Shown: piece by piece, positions 47,367 to 58,344 of the stretch
Layout: each line of letters begins with the position of its first letter
Position numbering within the stretch: the stretch's first letter is position 1
Assembly: GCA_965279315.1 (NCBI GenBank)
Contig: OZ257145.1
Location: 2,228,295-2,292,294, forward strand
Direction: 5' to 3'
DNA length: 64,000 bases
Source: Alphaproteobacteria bacterium
GTDB lineage: Bacteria; Pseudomonadota; Alphaproteobacteria; Micavibrionales; UBA2020
Notes under the pieces: model-generated
What the model was told of the DNA's origin: nothing
What the model saw: only the letters and a program-made list of their open reading frames with translations
Databases searched by the model: none
Translations under genes and position numbers: made by a program

Positions 47367-48200
47367 TTAAGTGGCCGACGCTACTTTCGGCGCGTCCTTG
47401 CCGCTGACGGCCTGCAATTTTTTCAGCAGGTCAGCATGCAGGGGCGCGTTGGCGCCGACGATGCTGCGCCCGTAAACGTAATTCTTGCCGCCGTTGAGTT
47501 CGGATACAGTGCCGCCCGCTTCCTTCAGGATCAGCGCGCCTGCGGCCACATCCCATGCGTTCAGGTCGCGTTCCCAGAAACCGTCCACGCGCGCCGCCGC
47601 CACATAGCAGAGGTCGAGCGCCGCAGCGCCAAAGCGGCGCATGCCGGAGGTGAAGGGGGAGATGGCATCCTGTTCGGCCATGAATGCCGCGTGGTTGGCG
47701 GCACCCGGGCGGGCGCCACCCATGGCGATCACGGAATCCGTCAGCGTCGTGCGGTTGGACACGCGCAAACGGCGGCCGGTCATGAATGCGCCGGTGCCTT
47801 TTTCGGAATAGAAGGTTTCGTCGTTGATCGGGTTGTGCACCACGCCCGCCACGATATCGCCGTCTTTTTCAAGGCCGATCGACACGCACCAATGCGGGAT
47901 GCCGTGCAGGAAGTTGGTCGTGCCGTCGAGCGGGTCGATGATCCAGCGCATGTTGGATTCCGTGCCCTTTTTCTCCCCGCCTTCCTCCATCAGGAAACCG
48001 TAGGAAGGGCGGCCCTTCGACAGCGTTTCCATCAGGATCTTTTCGGATTTCAGATCGGCGGTGGAAACGAAATCGGCGGGGCCTTTTTTCGACACCTGAA
48101 GGTGCTCGACTTCGCCGAAATCGCGGACCAAGGCGCGGCCCGCCTTTTCGGCGGCATCGACCATGACGTTCAGGATAGCGGAGCGACGGGAGACAACCAT
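47367..48200 (-). CDS. suhB: Inositol monophosphatase family protein SuhB
   Basis: WIIDPLDGTTNFLHG, WDVAAG. Confidence 0.93.
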   Translation of the reverse strand: MVVSRRSAILNVMVDAAEKAGRALVRDFGEVEHLQVSKKGPADFVSTADLKSEKILMETLSKGRPSYGFLMEEGGEKKGTESNMRWIIDPLDGTTNFLHGIPHWCVSIGLEKDGDIVAGVVHNPINDETFYSEKGTGAFMTGRRLRVSNRTTLTDSVIAMGGARPGAANHAAFMAEQDAISPFTSGMRRFGAAALDLCYVAAARVDGFWERDLNAWDVAAGALILKEAGGTVSELNGGKNYVYGRSIVGANAPLHADLLKKLQAVSGKDAPKVASAT

Positions 48201-48205
48201 TTTTA

Positions 48206-48775
48206 TCAGTCTTTCGCGCGCTCGACGTATGAAGAATCTTCGGTGCGCACGACGATGCGGGTGCCCGCTTCGATATGCGGCGGCACAAGCACGCGGGCGC
48301 CGTTTTCCAGCACTGCGGGCTTGTACGACGACGACGCGGTCTGGCCCTTCACGACGGGGTCAGCTTCGCTGATCATCATCGTGACGGTTTCGGGCAGCGT
48401 GACCGAGAGCGGCTTGCCTTCGTTCATCTGCAGGTTGCAGACCATGTTTTCCTGCAGGAACACGGCGGGTTCGCCGATCATTTCCTTGTCCACGATCACC
48501 TGGTCAAAGGTTTCGGTGTGCATGAAGGTGTAGTGGTTGCCGTCGCTGTAGAGGAATTGATAATCTTCCTCGTCCACGCGCGCGCGCTCGACCATGTCCT
48601 GCGTTGCGAAGCGGATGTCCATTTTGGTGCCGGACTGGATGTCGCGCATGATGACCTGCGCAACGGCAGCGCCTTTGCCGGGGGAGCGGAGTTCGTTCTC
48701 GACGACCACCCAGAGCTTGCTGTTGTATTCGACGACCATTCCTTTACGGAGGGTGTTTGCGGCTACTTTTGCCAT
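48206..48775 (-). CDS. efp: Elongation factor P
   Basis: PGKG loop, VKGQTASSSYKPA, VPPHI, YVER. Confidence 0.97.
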   Translation of the reverse strand: MAKVAANTLRKGMVVEYNSKLWVVVENELRSPGKGAAVAQVIMRDIQSGTKMDIRFATQDMVERARVDEEDYQFLYSDGNHYTFMHTETFDQVIVDKEMIGEPAVFLQENMVCNLQMNEGKPLSVTLPETVTMMISEADPVVKGQTASSSYKPAVLENGARVLVPPHIEAGTRIVVRTEDSSYVERAKD

Positions 48776-48821
48776 GGATGCACCTTGTTCTCTTCAATTG
48801 TCATAAAATTCTTGCGCGGGA

Positions 48822-49316
48822 TCATTCCTTGCGCGAGGCGATTGCTTTACCTAAATTTTTTAGCGCCATTTGTAAATCATTATCTTTAATATCGGCGGTT
48901 GCAGCCTCGATCACCTGCTGCTCCTGCTGGGTCAGGGGCTTGATTTTGACCGGCTTGGGTTGCTTATTATCCATAATCGATGAATCCTGGATAATCTTGA
49001 TGTCCTTGATGGCGGGGTAGCCGAAAAAGGCGTTCAGGCGCTCGATCATCAAATTCTTCTGGTAGCTGAATTCAAGCGCGAAGGCGGGCTGCACCCCCAG
49101 CAGCAAAACCGCCTGCAGCGAGCCGCCTTTTTCCTTCTCCGTCTTCCGCTGGAATTTCAGTTCGACCGGCATGGTATGGGCAGCCGTTTCCGGCCCGACG
49201 ATATCCGCCCATTGCGCGATCAGTTTGCCGAACAGCAGGTTCTTCTTGCCAAAGATATCCTTGGTCAAGCCGGGCACAAGGTCAGACAGCGGGCGCGGGC
49301 GGTTAAAGGTTGTCAT
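48822..49316 (-). CDS. DUF721/DciA family protein
   Basis: WADIVG, IERLNAFFGYPAIKDIKIIQ; divergent from mutY, as is usual in alphaproteobacteria. Confidence 0.8.
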   Translation of the reverse strand: MTTFNRPRPLSDLVPGLTKDIFGKKNLLFGKLIAQWADIVGPETAAHTMPVELKFQRKTEKEKGGSLQAVLLLGVQPAFALEFSYQKNLMIERLNAFFGYPAIKDIKIIQDSSIMDNKQPKPVKIKPLTQQEQQVIEAATADIKDNDLQMALKNLGKAIASRKE

Positions 49317-49345
49317 AGGGCATTAGTATGTCTATTTAGTTTCTT

Positions 49346-50425
49346 ATGTCCAGCACCAAGAAATCATCGGTATCACGCCTCCAGCAACAATTGCTGGACT
49401 GGTTCGACCGTCACCAGCGCGTCATGCCGTGGCGGGCGGTGAAGGGTAAACGGCCGAACCCGTACCATGTCTGGCTGTCGGAAATCATGCTGCAGCAGAC
49501 GACGGTCATTACTGTCGGCCCGTACTTCATGAAATTTATCGGCAAATGGCCGACGGTGCATGACCTTGCGGCGGCAAAACTGGATGATGTGCTGGCGGCA
49601 TGGGCTGGCCTCGGTTATTACGCCCGTGCGCGCAACCTGCATAAATGTGCGGTCGCGGTGGTGGAAAAATGCGGCGGCAAATTCCCGCGCATGGTGGAAG
49701 AATTGCTGGAACTGCCGGGCATCGGGCCTTACACGGCGGCGGCGGTATCCTCCATCGCTTTCGACCAGCCTGCCGTTGCGGTGGATGGCAACGTTGAGCG
49801 CGTGGTCAGCCGTTTCTTTGCCATTGAAGAACCGCTGCCGCTGTCAAAGCCTGCCATCCGCGCAGGCGCGGGTAAACTGGCGGAAGGCGTGGAACGTCCC
49901 GGTGACTTCACGCAAGCTTTCATGGAATTGGGTGCGACGGTTTGCACGCCGCGAAAACCGAAATGCCCGGCCTGCCCATGGCGCGAGGATTGCGCGGCGC
50001 GCAAATCGGGCATTCAGGAAGAATTGCCGCGCAAGCTGCCTAAAGCCGTGAAGCCTGTCCGCTACGGCAAGGTCTATTGGATCAACAATGCCAAGGGCGA
50101 ATTCCTGATCCACAAGCGCGCGGGGCAGGGGCTTTATGAAGGCATGTACCAGCTGCCGACGACCGACTGGGTGACGGATAAAAAGGCCGTCGCCACCCTG
50201 CCGCCGCCCATCAAAATCACCCGCCTGCAACCGCTGGATGCCGAAGTGCGCCACAGCTTTACCCATTTCGACCTTGTGCTGGATATTTGGACGGGTGATA
50301 CGAAAAATGCGGTGCTCGATCAGTCCACATGGATTACCGCCAAGAAATTGGACGATTACGCGCTGCCGACCCTGATGAAAAAAGCTATCCGGTTGTGCAT
50401 GAACGGGAAAACCAAGACGGCTTGA
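49346..50425 (+). CDS. mutY: A/G-specific adenine glycosylase
   Basis: WLSEIMLQQT, GLGYYARARN, LPGIGPYT, VDGNVER, 4Fe-4S Cys motif. Confidence 0.97.
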   Translation: MSSTKKSSVSRLQQQLLDWFDRHQRVMPWRAVKGKRPNPYHVWLSEIMLQQTTVITVGPYFMKFIGKWPTVHDLAAAKLDDVLAAWAGLGYYARARNLHKCAVAVVEKCGGKFPRMVEELLELPGIGPYTAAAVSSIAFDQPAVAVDGNVERVVSRFFAIEEPLPLSKPAIRAGAGKLAEGVERPGDFTQAFMELGATVCTPRKPKCPACPWREDCAARKSGIQEELPRKLPKAVKPVRYGKVYWINNAKGEFLIHKRAGQGLYEGMYQLPTTDWVTDKKAVATLPPPIKITRLQPLDAEVRHSFTHFDLVLDIWTGDTKNAVLDQSTWITAKKLDDYALPTLMKKAIRLCMNGKTKTA

Positions 50426-50480
50426 GTATTTCCGCGCCAAAACCTATTATGAGTAGCTGAATTTTACCGGAGTTATCTTC

Positions 50481-51257
50481 ATGAGATTCTTTGTTTCCGT
50501 CTTCGCCGCCTTCCTTTTGATGCTCGCATTCACGGCCGCGCGGGCCGGGGTCATCGGCGGGGACAAGGGTGAATCCTACGCCGATCCCACCTTCAAGGAA
50601 TTGGTGCAGACGCTGGTGATGATGGACGGGGTCGATATCAGCGACCCGCTGGTCGCCAACGATTACGCAAAGCTGATGTTCTGCGACCTGTGGAAGACCA
50701 ACAGCAAGAACGACTTCGACTGGCAGAAAATCCGCCAGCAGATCGTCAGCCGCGTGACGCAGCACAAGGATTACTACCGCATCCAGTACCAGCTGGGCGG
50801 CACGATCTTCCTGAACGTCTATAACTTCGAGACGCAGGATTTCCCGTTCAAGCCCGAAAGCGCGCTGGTGCGCGTGGGCTCAATGTCGCTGCTCGATTTC
50901 ACCTTTATCGGCGACAAGGACAAGGGCATCAAGAAACTTTGCGGCGACTCTGACTTGTCTGTCGTGTTCCCGGTCAACTTCACCGCGCAGATGCACCAGC
51001 CGCTGACCTTTGACCGCCTTAAAATCCCGATGGACGAGGCGAAACAGCTGCTCGACAAAATGGCGGCCGTGAAGAACACCGACCGCCGCCTGTATGTGCG
51101 TTTCCGTTTCCGCCTGCAGTCGCTGATCGCGAAAATGACACCGCCGCCCGTCCACCTGCGACGTGCGCGCGCGATGTTCGTGTCGGAGCTGTCGCAGATC
51201 GACGTGTTCCTCGACAAGGACATGACGAAGTTCGTGACGACGGTCTATATCCGCTAA
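50481..51257 (+). CDS. Exported hypothetical protein (possibly DUF4852-like)
   Basis: Signal peptide ending ARA; NDFDW and YNFETQDFP motifs; family call from memory only. Confidence 0.6.
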   Translation: MRFFVSVFAAFLLMLAFTAARAGVIGGDKGESYADPTFKELVQTLVMMDGVDISDPLVANDYAKLMFCDLWKTNSKNDFDWQKIRQQIVSRVTQHKDYYRIQYQLGGTIFLNVYNFETQDFPFKPESALVRVGSMSLLDFTFIGDKDKGIKKLCGDSDLSVVFPVNFTAQMHQPLTFDRLKIPMDEAKQLLDKMAAVKNTDRRLYVRFRFRLQSLIAKMTPPPVHLRRARAMFVSELSQIDVFLDKDMTKFVTTVYIR

Positions 51258-51272
51258 TACCTGCACGATTTT

Positions 51273-51318
51273 GCATCAAGGGCCGCCTGCGTGTTTATAC
51301 GCAGGCGGCCCTTGATGC
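51273..51318. terminator. Long hairpin terminator between convergent genes
   Basis: GCATCAAGGGCCGCCTGCGT / ACGCAGGCGGCCCTTGATGC perfect inverted repeat followed by TTTT. Confidence 0.8.
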
Positions 51319-51334
51319 TTTTAAAGGCTGCGGA

Positions 51335-51730
51335 TTAAAGCGGAATGACGGGTTCGTTGTCGCGGCGCGGCTTTTTGCCGGCGAGGGCGTCGAGGACGCG
51401 CAGGATTGAAATGCCCGTGCCGGTCAGCGCCGCGCCAACGCCGATCAGGGCGCGGAACACCATGATGCCCAGGATGATGGTGAAATACATCTTTACCGAT
51501 TCATTCATGTCGAGTTTGCGGATATGCCCGTCATCGTCAAAGGTGAAGGCGGATGCTTCGGACCCCGGCAGCGCCTTGGCGAACAAATATTTGAGGCCCT
51601 CGACATTTTCGGGGTGATAGAGCATCTGCCAAGCGGCATAGCCGAAGGCCATGACAAGCCCCGCGCCGCAAACGATCAGCACAACGGCAAGTATCGTCAA
51701 CGGCGCACGGAGGGGATTGTCCTGTTCCAT
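51335..51730 (-). CDS. Hypothetical membrane protein with two TM segments
   Basis: 131 aa with two hydrophobic segments; starts 2 nt after the ccrM stop. Confidence 0.7.
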   Translation of the reverse strand: MEQDNPLRAPLTILAVVLIVCGAGLVMAFGYAAWQMLYHPENVEGLKYLFAKALPGSEASAFTFDDDGHIRKLDMNESVKMYFTIILGIMVFRALIGVGAALTGTGISILRVLDALAGKKPRRDNEPVIPL

Positions 51731-51732
51731 GA

Positions 51733-52935
<1,203 letters not shown>

Positions 52936-52939
52936 TTAT

Positions 52940-53623
52940 TCAGTTGTTTGCAGAACTTTGCTTAACCAGTCTCTCAGCAACGGGTGAGAAACTGCGTCGA
53001 TGAAGCGGTGTAACCCCATGTTTTTCAAGGGCTTCAAGGTGCATCGCTGTCCCATATCCGGCGTTGCGCGCCCAACCGTATTGCGGAAACTGCTCTGCGT
53101 GTTTTTTCATGATCTCGTCGCGGTGATGCTTGGCAATGATCGACGCAGCGGCGATGGAATAGCTGCGCGCATCGCCTTTAACGATGGTAATTTCCTCAAC
53201 AAGGCCGCCCAGTTTCGGTTTGATGTTGCCGTCGATGAGTGCGGCCACGGGCGGTGTTTTGACAAGTTTCAGAAGCCCTTGATATGCCTTGCGCATGGCC
53301 AGCAGCGATGCTTGCAAAATGTTCAGTCGATCGATTTCGTCCACGCCGCAAACCCCAACCGATACATAAGAATATTGATGTATCTCTTTGTAAAGCAGTT
53401 CTCTTTTTATGGCGCTCAGTTTTTTACTGTCATTGATCTGCGCTAAAATCGCAGCTGGCATGTCGGCGCGGCGGATGATGACGGCGGCGGCCACGACGGG
53501 GCCTGCCAACGGGCCGCGCCCGGCTTCGTCCAGTCCGCAGACATGGCCGGTATGCCGGTCTTCAAAACTGAAGTCGGGTGAATATGCCGGAAGAATGCGG
53601 GTGAGGGGTTTGCCCTTCGCCAT
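52940..53623 (-). CDS. rnhB: Ribonuclease HII
   Basis: GLDEAGRGPLAGPV, NDSKKL, KGDA, IAAASIIAK, HRRSF. Confidence 0.97.
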   Translation of the reverse strand: MAKGKPLTRILPAYSPDFSFEDRHTGHVCGLDEAGRGPLAGPVVAAAVIIRRADMPAAILAQINDSKKLSAIKRELLYKEIHQYSYVSVGVCGVDEIDRLNILQASLLAMRKAYQGLLKLVKTPPVAALIDGNIKPKLGGLVEEITIVKGDARSYSIAAASIIAKHHRDEIMKKHAEQFPQYGWARNAGYGTAMHLEALEKHGVTPLHRRSFSPVAERLVKQSSANN

Positions 53624-53641
53624 GTCAGCCCGAAATTGCGG

Positions 53642-54382
53642 TTATTGCCTGACGGCAATTAAACGCATCAGTGGGCGCCATGTAAAGAACATTTTCTGAA
53701 TCTGGAAACCGTGGCGATTGAGGATCGCCTCCATCCCGCGCTTGGACATATAGATAAAATTCAGGGGCGGATCGACGTATGACCAGTTCGCGAAGTTGCG
53801 CGGCAGGTTGAAACTGTTGCCGTCCACTTCCTCGATATACAGCAGGCCGCCCGGTTTCACGAGGCGGGCGAGGCCGGCCACAAATGCTTCCGGATCGGGC
53901 TGTTCGCAGAAAGTTTCAAGCGCGAAAGCGATGTCGTATTTTTCCGGGTCGGTCGCCGCGTAATCCTGCACGCTGATGTTCTGGAACAGGTCGGGCGGGT
54001 ATTTTTCCTGCGCGAAGCGGATGAAGAAATCATGCGCGTCGATGCCGAACACCTTCATGCCCTGCAAATGAGCGGCCTTGATCGCATAGCCCTGGCGTGC
54101 CGCGACATCAAGGAAACGCTTGCCCTTCAGTTCCGGCGAGATCTTGACGATACGGTCTTTCATATCGATGATTTCGCGCGCGGGGTCGGGAACATGCGTG
54201 ATCTGCGGGTCGATGCTGGCGAAATAAGCCTCCAGCTCGTCGCGCGTGATCAGCGGTTCCGTCATCACGGATCCACAGTTCTTGCAGGAATGCAGGATAC
54301 AGCCGTTTTTTTCGCCCATCGGGAACGGGAAAAACGGCTTTTTGCAAATCAGGCAGTCATGGTCGGCAAATTCAGCGGTCAT
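53642..54382 (-). CDS. Class I SAM-dependent methyltransferase-like protein with N-terminal Cys pairs
   Basis: CxxC...CxxC, RFLDVAARQGY (atypical motif I), VKPGGLLY. Confidence 0.75.
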   Translation of the reverse strand: MTAEFADHDCLICKKPFFPFPMGEKNGCILHSCKNCGSVMTEPLITRDELEAYFASIDPQITHVPDPAREIIDMKDRIVKISPELKGKRFLDVAARQGYAIKAAHLQGMKVFGIDAHDFFIRFAQEKYPPDLFQNISVQDYAATDPEKYDIAFALETFCEQPDPEAFVAGLARLVKPGGLLYIEEVDGNSFNLPRNFANWSYVDPPLNFIYMSKRGMEAILNRHGFQIQKMFFTWRPLMRLIAVRQ

Positions 54383-54390
54383 GTAATGCT

Positions 54391-56994
54391 CTAACTTAAA
54401 CTCTTGGATGCAATCTCATAGACATCGTTGGAGATGTCCTTCTCCGACAGGATACGCTTTAATTCATTCTCCATCAAGGACTTGCGTGCGGCGTCATAGC
54501 GTTTCCAGTTACGCAGGGGATTCAGCAGCCGCGCCGCCGTTGACGGGTTTATCGCATTTACCTTGATCACCGTATCGGCCAACAGCCTGTAACCCGCGCC
54601 ATCCTTGCGGTGGAACCAGCGTTGGTTGTTCATGGCAAACGCACCGACAAGGGAGCGGAGGCGGTTCGGGTTCTTGTATGTAAAATCGGGATGCGTTGTC
54701 AGCTTGCCCACGGATTCCACGATATCCTGCCGGTCGCCAATCGCCTGCAGGCTGAACCATTTGTCGAGCACCAGCGGGTCGGCCTTCCATTCGGAATAGA
54801 ATTCCTCGAACGCATCCTTCGCCTCGGCCGAATGCGTGTCGGTCAGGATGGCGAGCGCGCCAACCTTGTCCGTCATGTTCGTCGCGTCCTTGAACTGTAG
54901 CGCGGCCAGCTTCACGCCTTCCGCCTCGTTCGCTTCGTGGAGATAACGCAGCGCAACCGATTTCAACCGGCGCTTGCCCACGGCGGCGGGCGCGGGGCTG
55001 TAGGGGCCGTTATCGACGTTGACCAGATACAGCTGCTTCAGCGTGCCTTCAAACGTGCGGCCGACTTCGCCCAGGATAAACTGGCGCGCGTCGTACAGGC
55101 CGTCCACATCGACAACATCCATCAATTGCGCAAGGTATGTTTCCGACGGCAACGCCAGCGCCTTTGCCAGCAGGGCCTTATCCGCCTTGGTATCGGCAAT
55201 CAGCTTGCCAAACGCCGTGATGCAATCGGCAGGCAGTTCTTTTTTCTTGCCGGCTGCAAAGCCGAGGATCATGCGTTGCAGATATGTCTGCCCCGCATCC
55301 CAGCGGTTGAAACCGTCGGTGTCATTCGCCATCAGGAACAGCAGGTCGCTTTCCGTGAGGTCGGAATAAAGTTTTACGGGCGCGGAAAAACCGCGCAGCA
55401 ATGACGGCACGGGTTTTTCGGCGATGCCTTCAAACACGAAATCCTGAGTTTTTTCGCGCAGTTCCAGCATCCGTGTTCCTTCGGGCAGCAGGTCTGCGCC
55501 GTTCTTGCCCAGCAACCCCACCGCAATCGGCATATGCATCGGCGATTTGCCGGACTGGTTGGGGGTGGCGGGCGTGTGCTGCTCCAGATTCAGCGTGAAG
55601 CGTTTCGTCAGCGCGTCGTATTCCGACTTCACCTTGATCTCGGGCGTGCCGGCCTGCATGTACCAGAGCTTGAATTGCGTCAGGTCGACGCCCGAAGCAT
55701 CTTCCATGCATTTCACGAAATCGTCGCAGGTGACGGCCTGCCCGTCATGGCGCGCGAAATACAGGTCGGTACCCTTGCGGTATTTTTCGGGACCCAGCAG
55801 AGAATGGATCATGCGGATCACTTCGGCGCCTTTTTCGTACACTGTTGCGGTGTAGAAATTGTTGATCTCGATGTAATTGTCGGGGCGGATGGGGTGCGCC
55901 ATCGGGCTCGCGTCTTCGGGGAACTGGGCGTTGCGCAGCTGTTCCACGTCGTCGATGCGCTGCACCGCTTCCGAATTCATGTCGGAAGAGAAGCACTGGT
56001 CGCGGAAAACTGTCAGGCCTTCCTTCAGGCTCAGTTGGAACCAGTCGCGGCAGGTGATGCGGTTGCCCGTCCAGTTGTGGAAATATTCATGCGCCACGAC
56101 GCCTTCGATGGCAAGGTAGTCGCCATCGGTCGCCGTTTCCGGCACGGCCAGCACGAGTTTGGAATTGAAGATATTCAGGCTCTTGTTTTCCATCGCGCCG
56201 AAATTGAAATCGTTCACCGCGACGATGTTGAAAATATCTAGATCGTATTCACGGCCGTATTTTTCCTCGTCCCACTTCATCGAATTTTTCAGCGCCAGCA
56301 TCGCATGGTCGCATTTCTTCTCGTTGCCATGGTTGACGTAGATGTACAGGTCAACCTTTTTGCCGTTCATGGTCGTGAAAGTGTCGTGGATATGCGCAAG
56401 ATTGCCGGCAACCAGCGCGAACAGGTAGCAGGGTTTTTTATGGGGGTCATCCCAGGTCGAGAAATGGCGGCCATCAGGCAACTCGCCCTTTTCGATGCAA
56501 TTCCCGTTCGACAGCAGGATGGGGCAGGTGTCTTTATCGGCCTGCACGCGCGTCGTGAACTTCGTCATCACGTCGGAACGGTCGAGGTAATAGGTGATCT
56601 TGCGGAAACCCTCCGGCTCGCACTGCGTGCAGTAATTGCCGCTGGAGCTGTAGAGGCCTTCAAGCGCAGTGTTTTTTTCAGGATAAATTTCGGTCACGAT
56701 ATCGAGCGTGAAGCTGTCGGGCACATCGCTGATGGTCAGCGTGCTGTCGTCTTTCGTATAGCGGTTGCCGGACAGCGCCTCGTTATTCAGTTTCACCGAA
56801 TGCAGCACCAGTTCCTGACCGTCGAGGACAAGGTCTTTGGCGGCGCTGTTCGTGCGGCGGTAAATCGTTTTCGCCGTCACCAGCGTCTTGCCGGGATGGA
56901 TGTCGAACAGCAGGTGCACATGGTCGATTTCAAAATCGGGCTTTTTGTAGTCTTTTAGCAGTTTCGTCTGCGGTGCGTTTTCGGTGCGTGCCAT
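54391..56994 (-). CDS. pepN: Aminopeptidase N
   Basis: GAMENK, HEYFH, TVYEKGAEV, NPNRLRSL; likely ATG at 56994. Confidence 0.97.
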   Translation of the reverse strand: MARTENAPQTKLLKDYKKPDFEIDHVHLLFDIHPGKTLVTAKTIYRRTNSAAKDLVLDGQELVLHSVKLNNEALSGNRYTKDDSTLTISDVPDSFTLDIVTEIYPEKNTALEGLYSSSGNYCTQCEPEGFRKITYYLDRSDVMTKFTTRVQADKDTCPILLSNGNCIEKGELPDGRHFSTWDDPHKKPCYLFALVAGNLAHIHDTFTTMNGKKVDLYIYVNHGNEKKCDHAMLALKNSMKWDEEKYGREYDLDIFNIVAVNDFNFGAMENKSLNIFNSKLVLAVPETATDGDYLAIEGVVAHEYFHNWTGNRITCRDWFQLSLKEGLTVFRDQCFSSDMNSEAVQRIDDVEQLRNAQFPEDASPMAHPIRPDNYIEINNFYTATVYEKGAEVIRMIHSLLGPEKYRKGTDLYFARHDGQAVTCDDFVKCMEDASGVDLTQFKLWYMQAGTPEIKVKSEYDALTKRFTLNLEQHTPATPNQSGKSPMHMPIAVGLLGKNGADLLPEGTRMLELREKTQDFVFEGIAEKPVPSLLRGFSAPVKLYSDLTESDLLFLMANDTDGFNRWDAGQTYLQRMILGFAAGKKKELPADCITAFGKLIADTKADKALLAKALALPSETYLAQLMDVVDVDGLYDARQFILGEVGRTFEGTLKQLYLVNVDNGPYSPAPAAVGKRRLKSVALRYLHEANEAEGVKLAALQFKDATNMTDKVGALAILTDTHSAEAKDAFEEFYSEWKADPLVLDKWFSLQAIGDRQDIVESVGKLTTHPDFTYKNPNRLRSLVGAFAMNNQRWFHRKDGAGYRLLADTVIKVNAINPSTAARLLNPLRNWKRYDAARKSLMENELKRILSEKDISNDVYEIASKSLS

Positions 56995-56998
56995 TGTC

Positions 56999-57415
56999 TT
57001 AGTTCCTTTCAAGCAATTCGATTATTCCAAATCCCATGACCTTGTAAAACGACACATGCCGCCCGCCGAACAGCACGGCGGGCTTGCGCTCCGCCAGCGT
57101 CATGACGCGCAATCCGGCCTTTTCGATATCGGCCAGCGTGGCGGCAAGGTCGGGCGTTTCGTAACAGGTATGGTAGATAAGTTCGTTGTATTTCGCGATC
57201 CAGCTGTCGATGGGGCTTTTGCCCTCCGGCCCCGGCTGCACGATCTCGACCGTCGGCTGGGTGGAGGACAGGCACAGGCGCACGAAAACATTTTGCGCGG
57301 GGTCGAAAATCTTGTCCTGCGCCGTATAGCCGAGCGCGCCCAGCATGGCGAGCGCCGGCGCGTCATCCTTCACCGCCAAACCCAGATGGTGGAATGTGAG
57401 CGCGGAGAGCGTCAT
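56999..57415 (-). CDS. VOC/glyoxalase family protein (methylmalonyl-CoA epimerase-like)
   Basis: FHHLGLAV, IYHTCYE, IIELLE. Confidence 0.85.
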   Translation of the reverse strand: MTLSALTFHHLGLAVKDDAPALAMLGALGYTAQDKIFDPAQNVFVRLCLSSTQPTVEIVQPGPEGKSPIDSWIAKYNELIYHTCYETPDLAATLADIEKAGLRVMTLAERKPAVLFGGRHVSFYKVMGFGIIELLERN

Positions 57416-58344
57416 TTCTTCTCCAGCACATAGGCGACGTTGATGGGGAGCAGTTGCGCAAGGCTCTCGGCTTCGGTTTTTCCTTCATAAGGGCGGATCA
57501 GTTGTGATTTGATTTTGAGGCCGCAGGCATCGAACATTTTCACCAGCTCGTCCGGCGTCTTGAAAAGGTAGATATGGTCGACGGCGGGGGCGTTGATGCA
57601 GGTGGTGACGAAAATATGCGCGTCATCGTTCGCAAGGCGCGCGATCTGCCTCAGGAACAATTCGGGCTGTTCCACATGTTCCAGCACTTCGCCCATCACG
57701 ACAGCGTCGAAACCCTTTTCGGGCAGGTCGGTTTTCAGGAAATCCATGCAGACGAGGTCGAACGATTTCTTGTCCGCGCCGAAATGTTCTATCAAAGAGC
57801 GCGTCATGGCGATGCTGGTTTCGCTGATGTCGACGCCGGTGAAGGTATCGAATTTTGACTGCTCCATCGCGGTCATGAAGAAATAACCATGCCCGGGGCC
57901 GATTTCAAGATATTTGCCTGTCTTGTTAGTGGGCAGCGTTTCGCGGAAAAACCGGAACAGGTCGAGATGGTTCGGCCACAGGTATGACGTGATCGCAAGG
58001 CCGTACATGTAGAACGACATGTATTCTTCGTTGAAATACACGCTGTCGCCGACTTCCGCAAAAGTGGAGTAGCGGTATTTTTTATGCTTCTGGAAGTAAA
58101 TCTGTTCGCGCAGGGTGTCGCCGACAATGGTGAGGTAACATTCGGCAAGATAACCGACGCTCAACCCTTTCTGCTTGCAGAAATCGATATAGTCATCCAG
58201 ATGCGCAAGCTCAGGCGCGGTCACGTTCGCCAGCGCGCGGGTGACGAAGTTGCGGTGCATCGGATTGTCTTCGACCACCTTGTCGATCAGCGCGGCGACA
58301 TTTGCGGGCAGCGCGGGCTTGGGCGCGGCGGGTTGGACGTTCAT
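57412..58344 (-). CDS. Class I SAM-dependent methyltransferase
   Basis: YLEIGPGHG, GVDIS, GEVLEHV. Confidence 0.87.
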   Translation of the reverse strand: MNVQPAAPKPALPANVAALIDKVVEDNPMHRNFVTRALANVTAPELAHLDDYIDFCKQKGLSVGYLAECYLTIVGDTLREQIYFQKHKKYRYSTFAEVGDSVYFNEEYMSFYMYGLAITSYLWPNHLDLFRFFRETLPTNKTGKYLEIGPGHGYFFMTAMEQSKFDTFTGVDISETSIAMTRSLIEHFGADKKSFDLVCMDFLKTDLPEKGFDAVVMGEVLEHVEQPELFLRQIARLANDDAHIFVTTCINAPAVDHIYLFKTPDELVKMFDACGLKIKSQLIRPYEGKTEAESLAQLLPINVAYVLEKK